Source of the DNA: Alkalilimnicola ehrlichii MLHE-1
GTDB taxonomy: Bacteria; Pseudomonadota; Gammaproteobacteria; Nitrococcales; Halorhodospiraceae
Direction of reading: 5' to 3'
Assembly (NCBI RefSeq): GCF_000014785.1
Contig: NC_008340.1
Location: forward strand, 2,160,001 to 2,192,000
DNA length: 32,000 bases
A program made the translations under genes and the position numbers. This document shows, piece by piece, positions 10,445-18,995 of the stretch (position 1 is the first letter of the stretch; every line of letters begins with the position of its first letter). The notes beneath the pieces were generated by a model. It searched no databases, was not told where the DNA came from, and saw only the letters and a list, made by a program, of their open reading frames with translations.

Positions 10445-11338
10445 ATGAATAACCCGACACCGCACTTCCCCGTCGTCGCGATCACCGGCAAACCGGACGA
10501 CCCCAGCGTCACTGAAACGGTGGGCAGCCTGGTGGCGTTGCTGCAGCGACACGGACGGGAAATCATCCTGGACAAACAGTCCACCGGCCGCCTGGGCCTG
10601 GACGGCCTGCCCAGCGTCGATCGCAACGAACTGGGCACCCGAGCCGATCTGGTGATCTCGGTGGGCGGCGATGGCACGCTGCTCAACACCGCCCGCTCCC
10701 TGGTCCAACACGATATCGCCATCCTCGGCGTCAACCGGGGTCGCCTCGGCTTTCTGGTGGATGTCTCCCCCAGCCGGCTGGAGGCGGAGCTGGAGGCTGT
10801 GTTGAGCGGCCACTTCGTCCGCGACGATCGCACCCTGCTGCAGGCCGAATCCGTTGGCAGCGACGGGGTTCATGGCAGCGGCCTGGCCCTCAACGACGTG
10901 GTGCTGCACCGCTGGAATACGTCGCGGATGATCGACTTCCGGACCTATATCAACGGCGAACTGCTCAACAACCACCGCTCCGACGGCCTGATCATCTCCA
11001 CCCCCACCGGCTCCACCGCCTACGCCATGGCCAGCGGCGGGCCGATCACCCACCCCGGGGTGGACGCCATGGTGCTGGTCCCGATCTGCCCGCACACTCT
11101 CAGCAACCGGCCGCTGGTCATCCCCGGCAACAGCGTGGTGGAGATCGAGCTCAACGAGACCGGCACCGAGCACCTGCGGGTAAGCTGTGACAGCCAGGAC
11201 GAGCTACGGCTGGCGGAAGGGGACCGTATCCGCATCCGCCAGCATCCGCAGCAGGCCCACCTGATCCACCCGCCGAGCCACGGTTACTTCGAGATCCTGC
11301 GCGCCAAGCTGCGCTGGGGCGACACCAACCTGCGCTAG
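10445..11338 (+). CDS. nadK: NAD(+) kinase
   Basis: The start is taken at MNNPTPHFPVVAITGK (ATG 10445). The longer ORF start runs into the repeat. The GGDGTLL motif (VISVGGDGTLLNTARS) and the conserved C-terminal half are present. Confidence 0.92.
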   Translation: MNNPTPHFPVVAITGKPDDPSVTETVGSLVALLQRHGREIILDKQSTGRLGLDGLPSVDRNELGTRADLVISVGGDGTLLNTARSLVQHDIAILGVNRGRLGFLVDVSPSRLEAELEAVLSGHFVRDDRTLLQAESVGSDGVHGSGLALNDVVLHRWNTSRMIDFRTYINGELLNNHRSDGLIISTPTGSTAYAMASGGPITHPGVDAMVLVPICPHTLSNRPLVIPGNSVVEIELNETGTEHLRVSCDSQDELRLAEGDRIRIRQHPQQAHLIHPPSHGYFEILRAKLRWGDTNLR

Positions 11339-11471
11339 CCACGCCGAGCGCGCGGCAGTGGCAGTTGCACCGCAGCCACGGCGGGCACAGAATCGGGCCT
11401 TTGGCCCGCGCGCCGCGATCGGGCGCGGGCCGGCGTGGACCACCCCACCGGCCAGGGAGTGCTGCCTGACC

Positions 11472-13166
11472 ATGCTCAGCCACATCGATATCCGCGACTT
11501 CGCCATCGTCGACCAGCTCGAACTGGACTTCGGCGCCGGGATGAACGTGCTCACCGGCGAGACCGGGGCGGGCAAATCCATCCTGCTCGACGCTCTGGGG
11601 CTCTGCCTGGGCGACCGCGCCGACAGCGGCACCGTCCGCCCCGGGGCCAAGCGGGCGGACCTCAGCGTCAGCTTCCGGCTCGCCCCCGACAGCCCCGTGC
11701 ACGACTGGCTGGCCGAGCACGACCTGGATGAGGACGGCGACTGCATCCTCCGTCGCACCATCCAGGAGAGCGGCCGCACCCGCGGCTACATCAACGGCCG
11801 CCCCGCCCCGCTCAACCTGCTCAAGGCCCTGGGCGAGCAACTGGTCGACATCCACGGCCAGCACGCCCACCAGCTGCTGCTGCGCCGCCACGTCCAGCGC
11901 CGGATCCTGGACGAGCACGCCGACGAGGGCGGCGCCCTGGAACGGGTCCGCTCGCTCCACCAGCAGCTGCGTGCGGTGGACGAGGAGCTGCGCGCCTTGG
12001 AGGGCGACCGGGAGAGCCACGAGGACCGCCTGGCGCTGCTGCGCTACCAAGTGGACGAGCTGGCCGCACTGGAGCTGACGGTGGAGGGCATCGAGGCGCT
12101 GGAGCAGGAACAGAAGCGCCTGGCCAATGCCGGCGCCCTGATTCAGATGGCACAGCAGATCCTCGACCCGCTCTACGACGACGAGCAGTCCGCGCAGGCC
12201 GCCCTGGGCCGCGCCAGCCGCGAACTGGACGGCCACGCCGGGCTGGACCCGGCCCTGGACGAGGCCCGGGAGCTGTTCGGCAACGCCCTGGTGCAACTTG
12301 AGGAGGGCTGCGATGCCCTGCGCCGGTTCGCCGACAACCTGGAGCTGGACCCGGAGCGCCTGGCCTGGGCCGAGGAGCGACTGGGCCAACTGAGCGACCT
12401 GGCGCGCAAGCACCGCTGCCGTCCGGAGGCCCTCCCCGAGCGGCTCGAGGCCCTGCAGGCGGAGCTCGCAGAGCTGGAGGGGGCCGGGGAGCGGGTCCAG
12501 GCCCTGCGCGAGCAGCGCGCGGCCCTGCATCGCGACTACCGGGAGGCCGCCGCCACGCTCAGTGAGCAACGCCAGGCCCACGCCCGGGCCCTGGAGCAGC
12601 GGGTGGCCGGGCTGCTGGAGGAGCTGAGCATGGGCGGGGCCGAGCTCCAGATCCAGGTGGCCTTCGACGCCGAGGCCGAGCCCACCCCGCACGGGCTGGA
12701 TCAGGTGGAGTTTCTGGTCCGCACCAACCCTGGCCAAGCCTTCGGGCCGCTGGCCAAGGTGGCCTCCGGCGGCGAGCTGTCACGGTTGGGGCTGGCCCTG
12801 CAGGTCGCCAGCACCAAGGGCACCGGCGCCCCCACCCTGACCCTGGTCTTCGACGAGGCGGACAGCGGGATCGGCGGTGCCGTGGCCGAGGTGGTCGGGC
12901 GCCTGCTGGCCTCGCTGGGCCAACGCTACCAGGTGCTGTGCATCACCCACCTGCCCCAGGTGGCCGCCCAGGCCGGGTGCCACTTTCAGGTCAGCAAGCA
13001 CAGCGAACGGGACCGGACCCGCACCCGGGTCACCCCGCTCACCGGCGAGCAGCGGATTCAGGAAGTGGCCCGAATGCTGGGCGGCGTGGAGATCAGTGAT
13101 AACACCCTGGCCTCGGCCCGGGAGATGCTGGAACGCGGCGCCGGCAGGCGCCGGGAGACCGCCTGA
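11472..13166 (+). CDS. recN: DNA repair protein RecN
   Basis: The start is taken at MLSHIDIRDFAIVDQLELDF. It has a Walker A motif (GETGAGKSILLDAL), a long central coiled coil and the SMC-like signature ASGGELSRLGLAL. Confidence 0.95.
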   Translation: MLSHIDIRDFAIVDQLELDFGAGMNVLTGETGAGKSILLDALGLCLGDRADSGTVRPGAKRADLSVSFRLAPDSPVHDWLAEHDLDEDGDCILRRTIQESGRTRGYINGRPAPLNLLKALGEQLVDIHGQHAHQLLLRRHVQRRILDEHADEGGALERVRSLHQQLRAVDEELRALEGDRESHEDRLALLRYQVDELAALELTVEGIEALEQEQKRLANAGALIQMAQQILDPLYDDEQSAQAALGRASRELDGHAGLDPALDEARELFGNALVQLEEGCDALRRFADNLELDPERLAWAEERLGQLSDLARKHRCRPEALPERLEALQAELAELEGAGERVQALREQRAALHRDYREAAATLSEQRQAHARALEQRVAGLLEELSMGGAELQIQVAFDAEAEPTPHGLDQVEFLVRTNPGQAFGPLAKVASGGELSRLGLALQVASTKGTGAPTLTLVFDEADSGIGGAVAEVVGRLLASLGQRYQVLCITHLPQVAAQAGCHFQVSKHSERDRTRTRVTPLTGEQRIQEVARMLGGVEISDNTLASAREMLERGAGRRRETA

Positions 13167-13184
13167 GGCGCAGCAGCCGCCCCC

Positions 13185-13607
13185 TCAGTTGCCCTTCTGC
13201 TCACGGCATTTGCCGCAGATCCCGTACAGGATCAGGGCATGGTCACGCAGCTCGAAGCCGTGCTGCATGGCCACTTCGCGCTGACGGATCTCGATCAGGT
13301 AATCGATAAACTCCTCGATGTGGCCGCATTCCACACAGATCAGGTGGTCGTGGTGGCCACCGTCATCGAGTTCGAAGACCGACTGGTTGCCTTCAAAGTT
13401 GTGGCGCGTCACGATGCCCGCCGTCTCGAACTGGGTCAGCACCCGGTAGACGGTCGCCAGACCGATGTCCTCGCCCGCCTCGAGGAGGGCCTTGTAGACA
13501 TCTTCGGCCGACATGTGACCCTCCCGGTTGCGCTCCAGGATCTCGAGGATCTTCACCCGGGGCAACGTGACCTTCAGGCCGGCTTTGCGCAGATTGTTGG
13601 ACTCCAA
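13185..13607 (-). CDS. fur: ferric uptake regulator Fur
   Basis: 140 aa with LKVTLPRVKILEIL, the HHDHLICVECG metal-site motif and a C-terminal CxxC (GICGKC). Confidence 0.95.
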   Translation of the reverse strand: MESNNLRKAGLKVTLPRVKILEILERNREGHMSAEDVYKALLEAGEDIGLATVYRVLTQFETAGIVTRHNFEGNQSVFELDDGGHHDHLICVECGHIEEFIDYLIEIRQREVAMQHGFELRDHALILYGICGKCREQKGN

Positions 13608-13701
13608 GGTTTCCCCCGTTCAGGCTGTGCCACAACTGCATGGATACGCTAACATCTGCCCCACCAACGACGGCCCCCACCGAAGAGGGCGTGAGAGACC
13701 T

Positions 13702-14055
13702 ATGGGCAAACGCAGATTATTCGCATTATACATCACTACCACACTCTTCCTGACCGGCTGCGCACAGGTGGACCGCATTCCGTTCACCTACCAACGCGAC
13801 GCCCAGCAAGGCAACATTATGACTCAGGAGATGGTGGATGAGTTGCGCGTCGGCATGTCGCAGCAGCAGGTCCGCACCATCATGGGCCCGCCGGCGGTGG
13901 TCGACCCCTTTCGCACCGACCGCTGGGACTATGTCTACACCATGCGGCCCGGGGGCGGCAGTATGGAGAAAAAGCGCATGACCCTGCGCTTCGAGGACGG
14001 CCGCCTGGTGGACATCAGCGGCGACCTGCGCCCCTCCCACTGGGAGGAGAGCTAA
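13702..14055 (+). CDS. bamE: outer membrane protein assembly factor BamE (OmlA/SmpA lipoprotein)
   Basis: ATG at 13702 gives MGKRRLFALYITTTLFLTGC, which carries a lipobox. The SmpA/OmlA block is present (LRVGMSQQQVRTIMGPP...DRWDYVY). It is divergent from fur, as in Pseudomonas. Confidence 0.88.
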   Translation: MGKRRLFALYITTTLFLTGCAQVDRIPFTYQRDAQQGNIMTQEMVDELRVGMSQQQVRTIMGPPAVVDPFRTDRWDYVYTMRPGGGSMEKKRMTLRFEDGRLVDISGDLRPSHWEES

Positions 14056-14062
14056 GCGGCGC

Positions 14063-14356
14063 TCACTCCGCCTTGCCCGCCGCCCGACGGCGGCGGGATT
14101 CCTTCGGGTCCGCCTGCAGCGGCCGGTAGATCTCCACCCGGTCGTAGGGCCGCAGCACATCCGAGCGCTTGCGCAGCTTGCCGAACACCCCCACCTTGTT
14201 GACCCCGTCCAGGTCGATATCGGGGAAGCGCTGCAGGACGCCGGAGCGCTCGATGGCCTCCTCTACCGTAGCCCCCTCCGGCACCTCGACGGTCAGCAAC
14301 ACCTGCTCGTCCGGCTCGGCGTAGGCCACCTCCACGGTCATCATCTGCTCAGCCAT
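14063..14356 (-). CDS. rnfH: RnfH family ubiquitin-like protein (UPF0125)
   Basis: It reads [13 protein letters not shown]...EGATVEEAIERSG...DRVEIYRPLQADPKE and is closely similar to E. coli YfjF/RnfH. The start (ATG 14356) overlaps the ratA stop (ATGGCTGA). Confidence 0.85.
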   Translation of the reverse strand: MAEQMMTVEVAYAEPDEQVLLTVEVPEGATVEEAIERSGVLQRFPDIDLDGVNKVGVFGKLRKRSDVLRPYDRVEIYRPLQADPKESRRRRAAGKAE

Positions 14357-14780
14357 AAACCTGCTCCGCGCGGGTGACAAAGGCGTCCACCAGTCGGTTG
14401 GCCACTTGGGTGAACACCCGCCCGAAGGCCATGCTCACCAACCGGTTGGCGAACTCAAACTCCAGGTCCAGCACCACCTTTGAGGCCTCATCGTCCAGGC
14501 GCTGGAACCGCCAATAGCCGTCCAGGCGCTGGAAGGGGCCCTCGACAAGGCGGATCTCGATCATCTTGCCGTACTGGCGGCGGTTAATGGTGGTAAAGCC
14601 CTTTTCCAGACCCCCCTTGGAGATGACCACCCGCCCCTTGACGTGGTCGCTGTCCCGCTCCAGCACCTCACTGTGCGAGCACCAGGGGAGGAACTCCTTG
14701 TACCGGTCGACATCGTCCACCAGTTCGAACATCGCTTCTGCGGAGTACGGCACCAGGGCCGTGCGGGAAATACTCGCCAT
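14349..14780 (-). CDS. ratA: SRPBCC/START-fold protein RatA (YfjG/PasT, Coq10-like)
   Basis: [24 protein letters not shown]...[18 protein letters not shown] is collinear with E. coli RatA. Confidence 0.9.
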   Translation of the reverse strand: MASISRTALVPYSAEAMFELVDDVDRYKEFLPWCSHSEVLERDSDHVKGRVVISKGGLEKGFTTINRRQYGKMIEIRLVEGPFQRLDGYWRFQRLDDEASKVVLDLEFEFANRLVSMAFGRVFTQVANRLVDAFVTRAEQVYG

Positions 14781-14893
14781 GTATCAGCCCATCCTCGGTT
14801 TGGACGCAGACCCGGAATTGTCCGCGAGCGGGCCTAGGTTCCGCAAGGCTTCCCGTGGATGCGGCTGGCCCTCGTGCCCTCACAGGCCTTACA

Positions 14894-15376
14894 ATGCGCG
14901 CCGTGAGCAAGAAAAAGAAGACACCGGAAAACGTCATCGCGCTGAACCGCAAGGCGCGCTTCGAGTTCCACATCGAAGAGACAATGGAGGCGGGCCTGGC
15001 GCTGGAGGGCTGGGAGGTCAAAAGCCTCCGGGCCGGCCGCGTGAACCTGCAGGAGGCCTACGTGCTCATCCGACGGGGTGAGGCGTGGCTGATCGGCTGC
15101 ACCATCACGCCGCTGCCCACCGCCTCCACCCACATCAAGCCCGATCCGACGCGCACCCGGCGGCTGCTGCTGCACAAAAAAGAGATCGCGCGGCTCACCG
15201 GTGCCGCAGACCGCGAGGGCTACACCGTGGTGCCCCTGGACCTGCACTGGAAGCGCGGCAAGGCCAAGCTGAGCATCGGCCTGGCCAAGGGCAAGAAGAA
15301 GCACGACAAGCGCGCCGATCAGAAGGAGCAGGACTGGCAGCGCCAGAAACAGCGGCTGATGAAGCACAAAGTCTAG
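14894..15376 (+). CDS. smpB: SsrA-binding protein SmpB
   Basis: The start is taken at [25 protein letters not shown]. It has a conserved SmpB core and a basic C-terminal tail, and sits immediately upstream of ssrA. Confidence 0.93.
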   Translation: MRAVSKKKKTPENVIALNRKARFEFHIEETMEAGLALEGWEVKSLRAGRVNLQEAYVLIRRGEAWLIGCTITPLPTASTHIKPDPTRTRRLLLHKKEIARLTGAADREGYTVVPLDLHWKRGKAKLSIGLAKGKKKHDKRADQKEQDWQRQKQRLMKHKV

Positions 15377-15378
15377 GC

Positions 15379-15407
15379 TTTATCCGGAACTCCTCACCGG
15401 CTACACT
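15379..15407 (+). promoter_or_regulatory. candidate sigma-70 promoter of ssrA
   Basis: TTTATC-N17-TACACT ends about 20 nt before the mature tmRNA 5' end. It is a weak match and was placed by position only. Confidence 0.35.
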
Positions 15408-15427
15408 GTCTGAACAGATAACACACA

Positions 15428-15786
15428 GGGGGCGACTTGGATTCGACGCGGGTCGTGAAGCCTGAGGTGCATGCCGAGGATGCAGCTCAACCTCGTAAAA
15501 CCTGCTGCCAACTTAAACATAGTTGCCAACGACGAAAACTACGCTCTGGCGGCGTAAACCCCGCCAGCCGCATTTGATCCAGTGCTTGTGCTGATCAAAT
15601 CGCGGTCGTAGCTCACAAGCTAGCCACAGGGCGCGGTCCCGAGCCCTGTGGCGAATCTCAAGGGACTCGCTGTCGGCAACCTTGCCTACCGGGGTGTCGG
15701 CAGTTAAATCAAAGGGTGGGGCTAAGCATGTAGACCCGAAGGTCGATCATCCGCGGACGCGGGTTCGATTCCCGCCGCCTCCACCA
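15428..15786 (+). ncRNA. ssrA: transfer-messenger RNA (tmRNA, SsrA)
   Basis: The 5' end is GGGGGCGACUUGGAUUCGACGCGGG. The 3' tRNA-like end is GGACGCGGGUUCGAUUCCCGCCGCCUCCACCA. The internal tag ORF GCC AAC GAC GAA AAC TAC GCT CTG GCG GCG TAA (15525-15557) encodes ANDENYALAA. Confidence 0.97.
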
Positions 15787-15806
15787 TACAATGCGATACA
15801 AATCAG

Positions 15807-15836
15807 GCAGTTACGGAAACGTAGCTGCTTTTTTTT
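15807..15836 (+). terminator. rho-independent terminator of ssrA
   Basis: GCAGTTAC-GGAAAC-GTAGCTGC gives an 8-bp stem with one G-U pair, followed by T8. Confidence 0.85.
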
Positions 15837-15953
15837 GCCTGCATTTGGGCTGTTTAGACGCCGGAATGACAGCATTATGCCAGCTTCCCTGGTGCGCCCA
15901 CCGCCCCTGACCTAAGCTTGACCATGACGGTCAAGGCGCCAGAGGAGACACGC

Positions 15954-16603
15954 ATGGCCGGCCATGATGCGCAGCCGCAACGGGAGGAGAACGAGCGCCT
16001 CACCCGCGAGGTGGAGCGGCTCGAGGCGGAACTCTCCCGGATGCGCCAGGTCCATGACGACCTCTGGGCCCACGAGGTCTACCTCAAGGCCCGCTCGAAG
16101 ATGTTCGGCGGCCTCCTCGCCCTCACCGCGGTCCTCGGCGCCCTCGGCCTCGGCACCCTGAACGCGTGTGGTACAGCAGTATCGACAAATACATCGAGAC
16201 CCAGGCTCGCGAGCATCTGCGGGGCCAGCTCGACGCCTTGCTCCGGGAGGAACTGGACCGCTCGATGATCGAGGCACGTAGCGCCATCGATGCCGAGGCA
16301 GGCCAGCACGTGCGCGAGGCGCGTGTCGACCTCACCCAGACCGCGCTCCAGATCCGGGCGGACGAGCGGGGCCAGCCCATTCCCTGCACCGAGTTCCCGG
16401 ATTTGCGTATCGCCCCGCCCGTAGGCGACAACCGCAACCACGCCCTCGTGGTGGACGGCCCGCTGCCCCTCGCCGAGGCCCAGGCTCTCCGCGCCCGCAA
16501 CTACGGCTTTCGCGACGACACCTTCCTCTGGCCGGCGAGGCGGGCGTACTTCAAAGCAACGTGGCCACAGGCCTTTTATTGCCGTAGCCAGGAGTCCATG
16601 TGA
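15954..16603 (+). pseudogene. coiled-coil / single-pass membrane protein split by a 1-nt frameshift near 16165 (or two overlapping small genes)
   Basis: The first frame is MAGHDAQ...REVERLEAELSRMRQ...FGGLLALTAVLGALGLGTLNA, with GAGGAG 7 nt before ATG 15954. It runs into junk after 16165. The frame shifted by 1 nt continues sensibly from 16166 (WYSSIDKYIETQAREHLRGQLDALL...). The shift falls in GCGTGTGG. Confidence 0.4.
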
Positions 16604-16825
16604 GCGCTGCGGAGTGAGAGGGGAGAAGCCATGAGGCCGCGCGCCTTCATGAGATGGCTGACTGTAGCCCGCTGCGCTTAGCTTTCTCTTCCAAGCAGGG
16701 TGTCGATTGCTACCGGGAATCCCCTGTCCTTTTGTCAGCAACCTTTACAGACCGGGCCAGCCAGCACCTGACGTGCCCCAACCTCTCCATCCAACCCTAT
16801 GTCATAGAGGGAAAAACACCCAGTG

Positions 16826-16841
16826 TGGCGCGTTTATTGCT
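16826..16841 (+). promoter_or_regulatory. sigma-54 (-24/-12) promoter upstream of the PEP-CTERM gene
   Basis: TGGCGCGTTTATTGCT compared with the consensus TGGCACGnnnnTTGCW has one mismatch. The GG and GC are correctly spaced. It lies about 95 nt upstream of ATG 16935. Confidence 0.6.
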
Positions 16842-16934
16842 ATGCAAAAAACAAGGATTTGCGTGACCAGACCTAAAGGGGGGCGATGGAAAAGCGGCCG
16901 CCCTATCGAAAAACATGGCGTCGAGGTGCACTGA

Positions 16935-17636
16935 ATGCATGATTCAAGGGAAAATCGGTTCCGGACCACCCGCCTGTCGGCGGTGGCTTTGGGGGGCGCG
17001 GCCACCTTGGGGGCCACGGGGAGCGCGACAGCCGGGCTGATCACCAGCGGCCAGATTGATCAGGTGTTGAGCTTCTACAGCGATCCCTTTGCGATCAACC
17101 CCTTCGGTCGTGATGAGCCGGACTTCTTCATCACCACCCGTAAGAGCGATACCTATGACGACTCCAAGCAGGGGACGTTAGCGGCAAAAATGGCCTCGAA
17201 GTACGCCTTCGAGGTGGAAACCACCGGTGGCAACAGTATCCACTATCCTGGGTCGTCTGTGGGCCAACTCCCCGAAGGCGCCCTTGTCGACGATGCGCTG
17301 GACTGGCTGAACAGCGATTCCCAGCTAAGGGCCCGAACCTCCCACTGGCCCGATGGCTCCTCCGGCTATGTGGGCCTGCTCTCGCTGATCGATGACCAGA
17401 GTTACTACGGCTGGATGGAGGTTTCCATTCAGGATGAGGGCGATTTCATTACCGTTCACCAATGGGCGTTCAATGACAGCCCCGATGCCTCGCTGCAGAC
17501 CGGCGATATCGGTACCACCGCGATCCCGGAGCCCTCGTCACTGCTGCTGTTCGCAGGGGGCGCAGCCGCCTGGTGGCTGGGTAGCCTGGCGGTGCGCCTC
17601 AGCAGCCGGCGCGTTCAGGCCACCACGGCCCGCTGA
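16935..17636 (+). CDS. PEP-CTERM sorting-domain secreted protein
   Basis: It has an N-terminal signal peptide (RLSAVALGGAATLGATGSATA). The C-terminus, IPEPSSLLLFAGGAAAWWLGSLAVRLSSRR, shows a PEP motif, a TM helix and a basic cluster. GAGGTG lies 8 nt before the ATG. Confidence 0.8.
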   Translation: MHDSRENRFRTTRLSAVALGGAATLGATGSATAGLITSGQIDQVLSFYSDPFAINPFGRDEPDFFITTRKSDTYDDSKQGTLAAKMASKYAFEVETTGGNSIHYPGSSVGQLPEGALVDDALDWLNSDSQLRARTSHWPDGSSGYVGLLSLIDDQSYYGWMEVSIQDEGDFITVHQWAFNDSPDASLQTGDIGTTAIPEPSSLLLFAGGAAAWWLGSLAVRLSSRRVQATTAR

Positions 17637-17638
17637 CC

Positions 17639-18898
17639 ATGCCGGAGCAAAGGGACCGGCATGGCGAACTCCGCCAGCGGTATGAGTCGGTCCCTTATGC
17701 CGACGGCATTTTCCCTCAACTCCACCCTGTCCGCCTGGCACCGTTGGCCCGGCTGCACGGGCATGCCACCGTGCCCAACCCCGCCACCGCGACGATTCTG
17801 GATCTGGGCTGCGGTGCCGCCGGCAACCTGATCGAGATCGCTGCAGACCTGCCCGATGCCCGGTGTCTCGGTATTGACCTGGCGGAGTCTCATATCGGGC
17901 AAGGACAGCGGCACATTCGGGCCAGAGGGTTGGACAATATCGAATTGCGGCAGGGCGATCTGTGTGAACTGGACCTCGGAGCTGTCAAGTTTGACTACAT
18001 ACTCGCCCACGGCCTTCTGTCGTGGGTGCCCGATGGGGTCAAGGAACGCATCTTCCAGCTTTGCCGTGGTCATCTCGCGGCTGACGGGGTGGCCCTGATC
18101 AGTTACAACACCTACCCGGGTTGGAGTTTCCGCGAAAACCTCCGCCAACTGCTGCAGCTTCACCTGAGTGCGGTGAGCGACCCCCGGCAGGTGCGCCAAG
18201 GTGCCGATGACATCCTGGGCCGGTTGCAACGGGCACTGGGTGACGCCGAACACCCCCACGCCCCCCTGCTGCACCACGAGATAAAGCATTTGCAGCAAAG
18301 CACAACCAACGCCCTGTTCCATGATGACCTGGACACTGTCAACGACCCCTGCTTTTTCCTCCAGTTCATTGCCTGGGCCGCGGAGCACGAGCTGGACTAC
18401 GTCGGGGATGTCGATCTGTCCCGCGGTTGGCCAACCCTGCAGTCACCGCAGGCACGGGAGGCATTGCTGGACGGGAGCCTGGCGCCATTGATGGCGGAAC
18501 AATACCTGGACTACGTGGTGAACCGGCGCTTCCGGCACTCCCTGCTGATCACGCAACGCAGCGAGCCGTTACGGCCCAGCATCGACATATTTCAGGGCCA
18601 CTACCTGCGCGGGCGGATCAAGCCACAAGTCATCCTGCATGCGCCGGGCGCGCGTCTGACCTTCGAGGGCGTTACCGGCCACCAGATCACCAGCGATAAC
18701 GGCCCGGCACAAGCCCTGCTGGCGACCCTGGCGGAGACCACCGAATGGCAGCCGTTAGAAGAGATCCTGGCCACCGCCGCTAAGCTCGAACCCGCGATCA
18801 CCGCCGACCCGGAAACACGCCCCCACATCTACCGCAGCCTCGTCGAATGCTGGGCCCGGGAGATGGTCGACGTGGCCAGCGACATACCGAGATATTGA
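17639..18898 (+). CDS. class I SAM-dependent methyltransferase with C-terminal methyltransferase-regulatory-type domain
   Basis: The SAM-binding motif I is ILDLGCGAAGNLIE, with post-I/II motifs (GIDLAESHI, DYILAHGLLSWV). The roughly 230-aa C-terminal extension resembles the architecture I recall as MethyTransf_Reg. The ATG lies 2 nt after the PEP-CTERM stop. Confidence 0.75.
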   Translation: MPEQRDRHGELRQRYESVPYADGIFPQLHPVRLAPLARLHGHATVPNPATATILDLGCGAAGNLIEIAADLPDARCLGIDLAESHIGQGQRHIRARGLDNIELRQGDLCELDLGAVKFDYILAHGLLSWVPDGVKERIFQLCRGHLAADGVALISYNTYPGWSFRENLRQLLQLHLSAVSDPRQVRQGADDILGRLQRALGDAEHPHAPLLHHEIKHLQQSTTNALFHDDLDTVNDPCFFLQFIAWAAEHELDYVGDVDLSRGWPTLQSPQAREALLDGSLAPLMAEQYLDYVVNRRFRHSLLITQRSEPLRPSIDIFQGHYLRGRIKPQVILHAPGARLTFEGVTGHQITSDNGPAQALLATLAETTEWQPLEEILATAAKLEPAITADPETRPHIYRSLVECWAREMVDVASDIPRY

Positions 18899-18995
18899 CT
18901 TCCCAGGACCGGCCGGGCAACGAACCGGTTGTCCTCCTGCGCTGCCCCCCATACGATGCTCGACGCCCCACCCCTGACAAGAGAGAGTGTGTGTC

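Noticed and set aside
11339-11471. LexA (SOS) box upstream of recN
   Set aside because: No CTGT-N8-ACAG-type or other recognisable palindrome is present. The only structure is a 9-bp GC hairpin (11403-11431), more likely an nadK 3' structure. A lineage-specific box cannot be excluded.
14063-14780. ratA-rnfH as a mobile toxin-antitoxin or defence module
   Set aside because: The pair sits in the conserved bamE-rnfH-ratA-smpB housekeeping arrangement seen in E. coli and Pseudomonas. Composition is native and no mobility signatures are present.
16654-16934. Small ORFs (70 and 75 aa) in the leader of the PEP-CTERM gene
   Set aside because: They overlap each other and the sigma-54 promoter. They have no SD motifs and odd composition. 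The region is better explained as regulatory or 5' UTR DNA.
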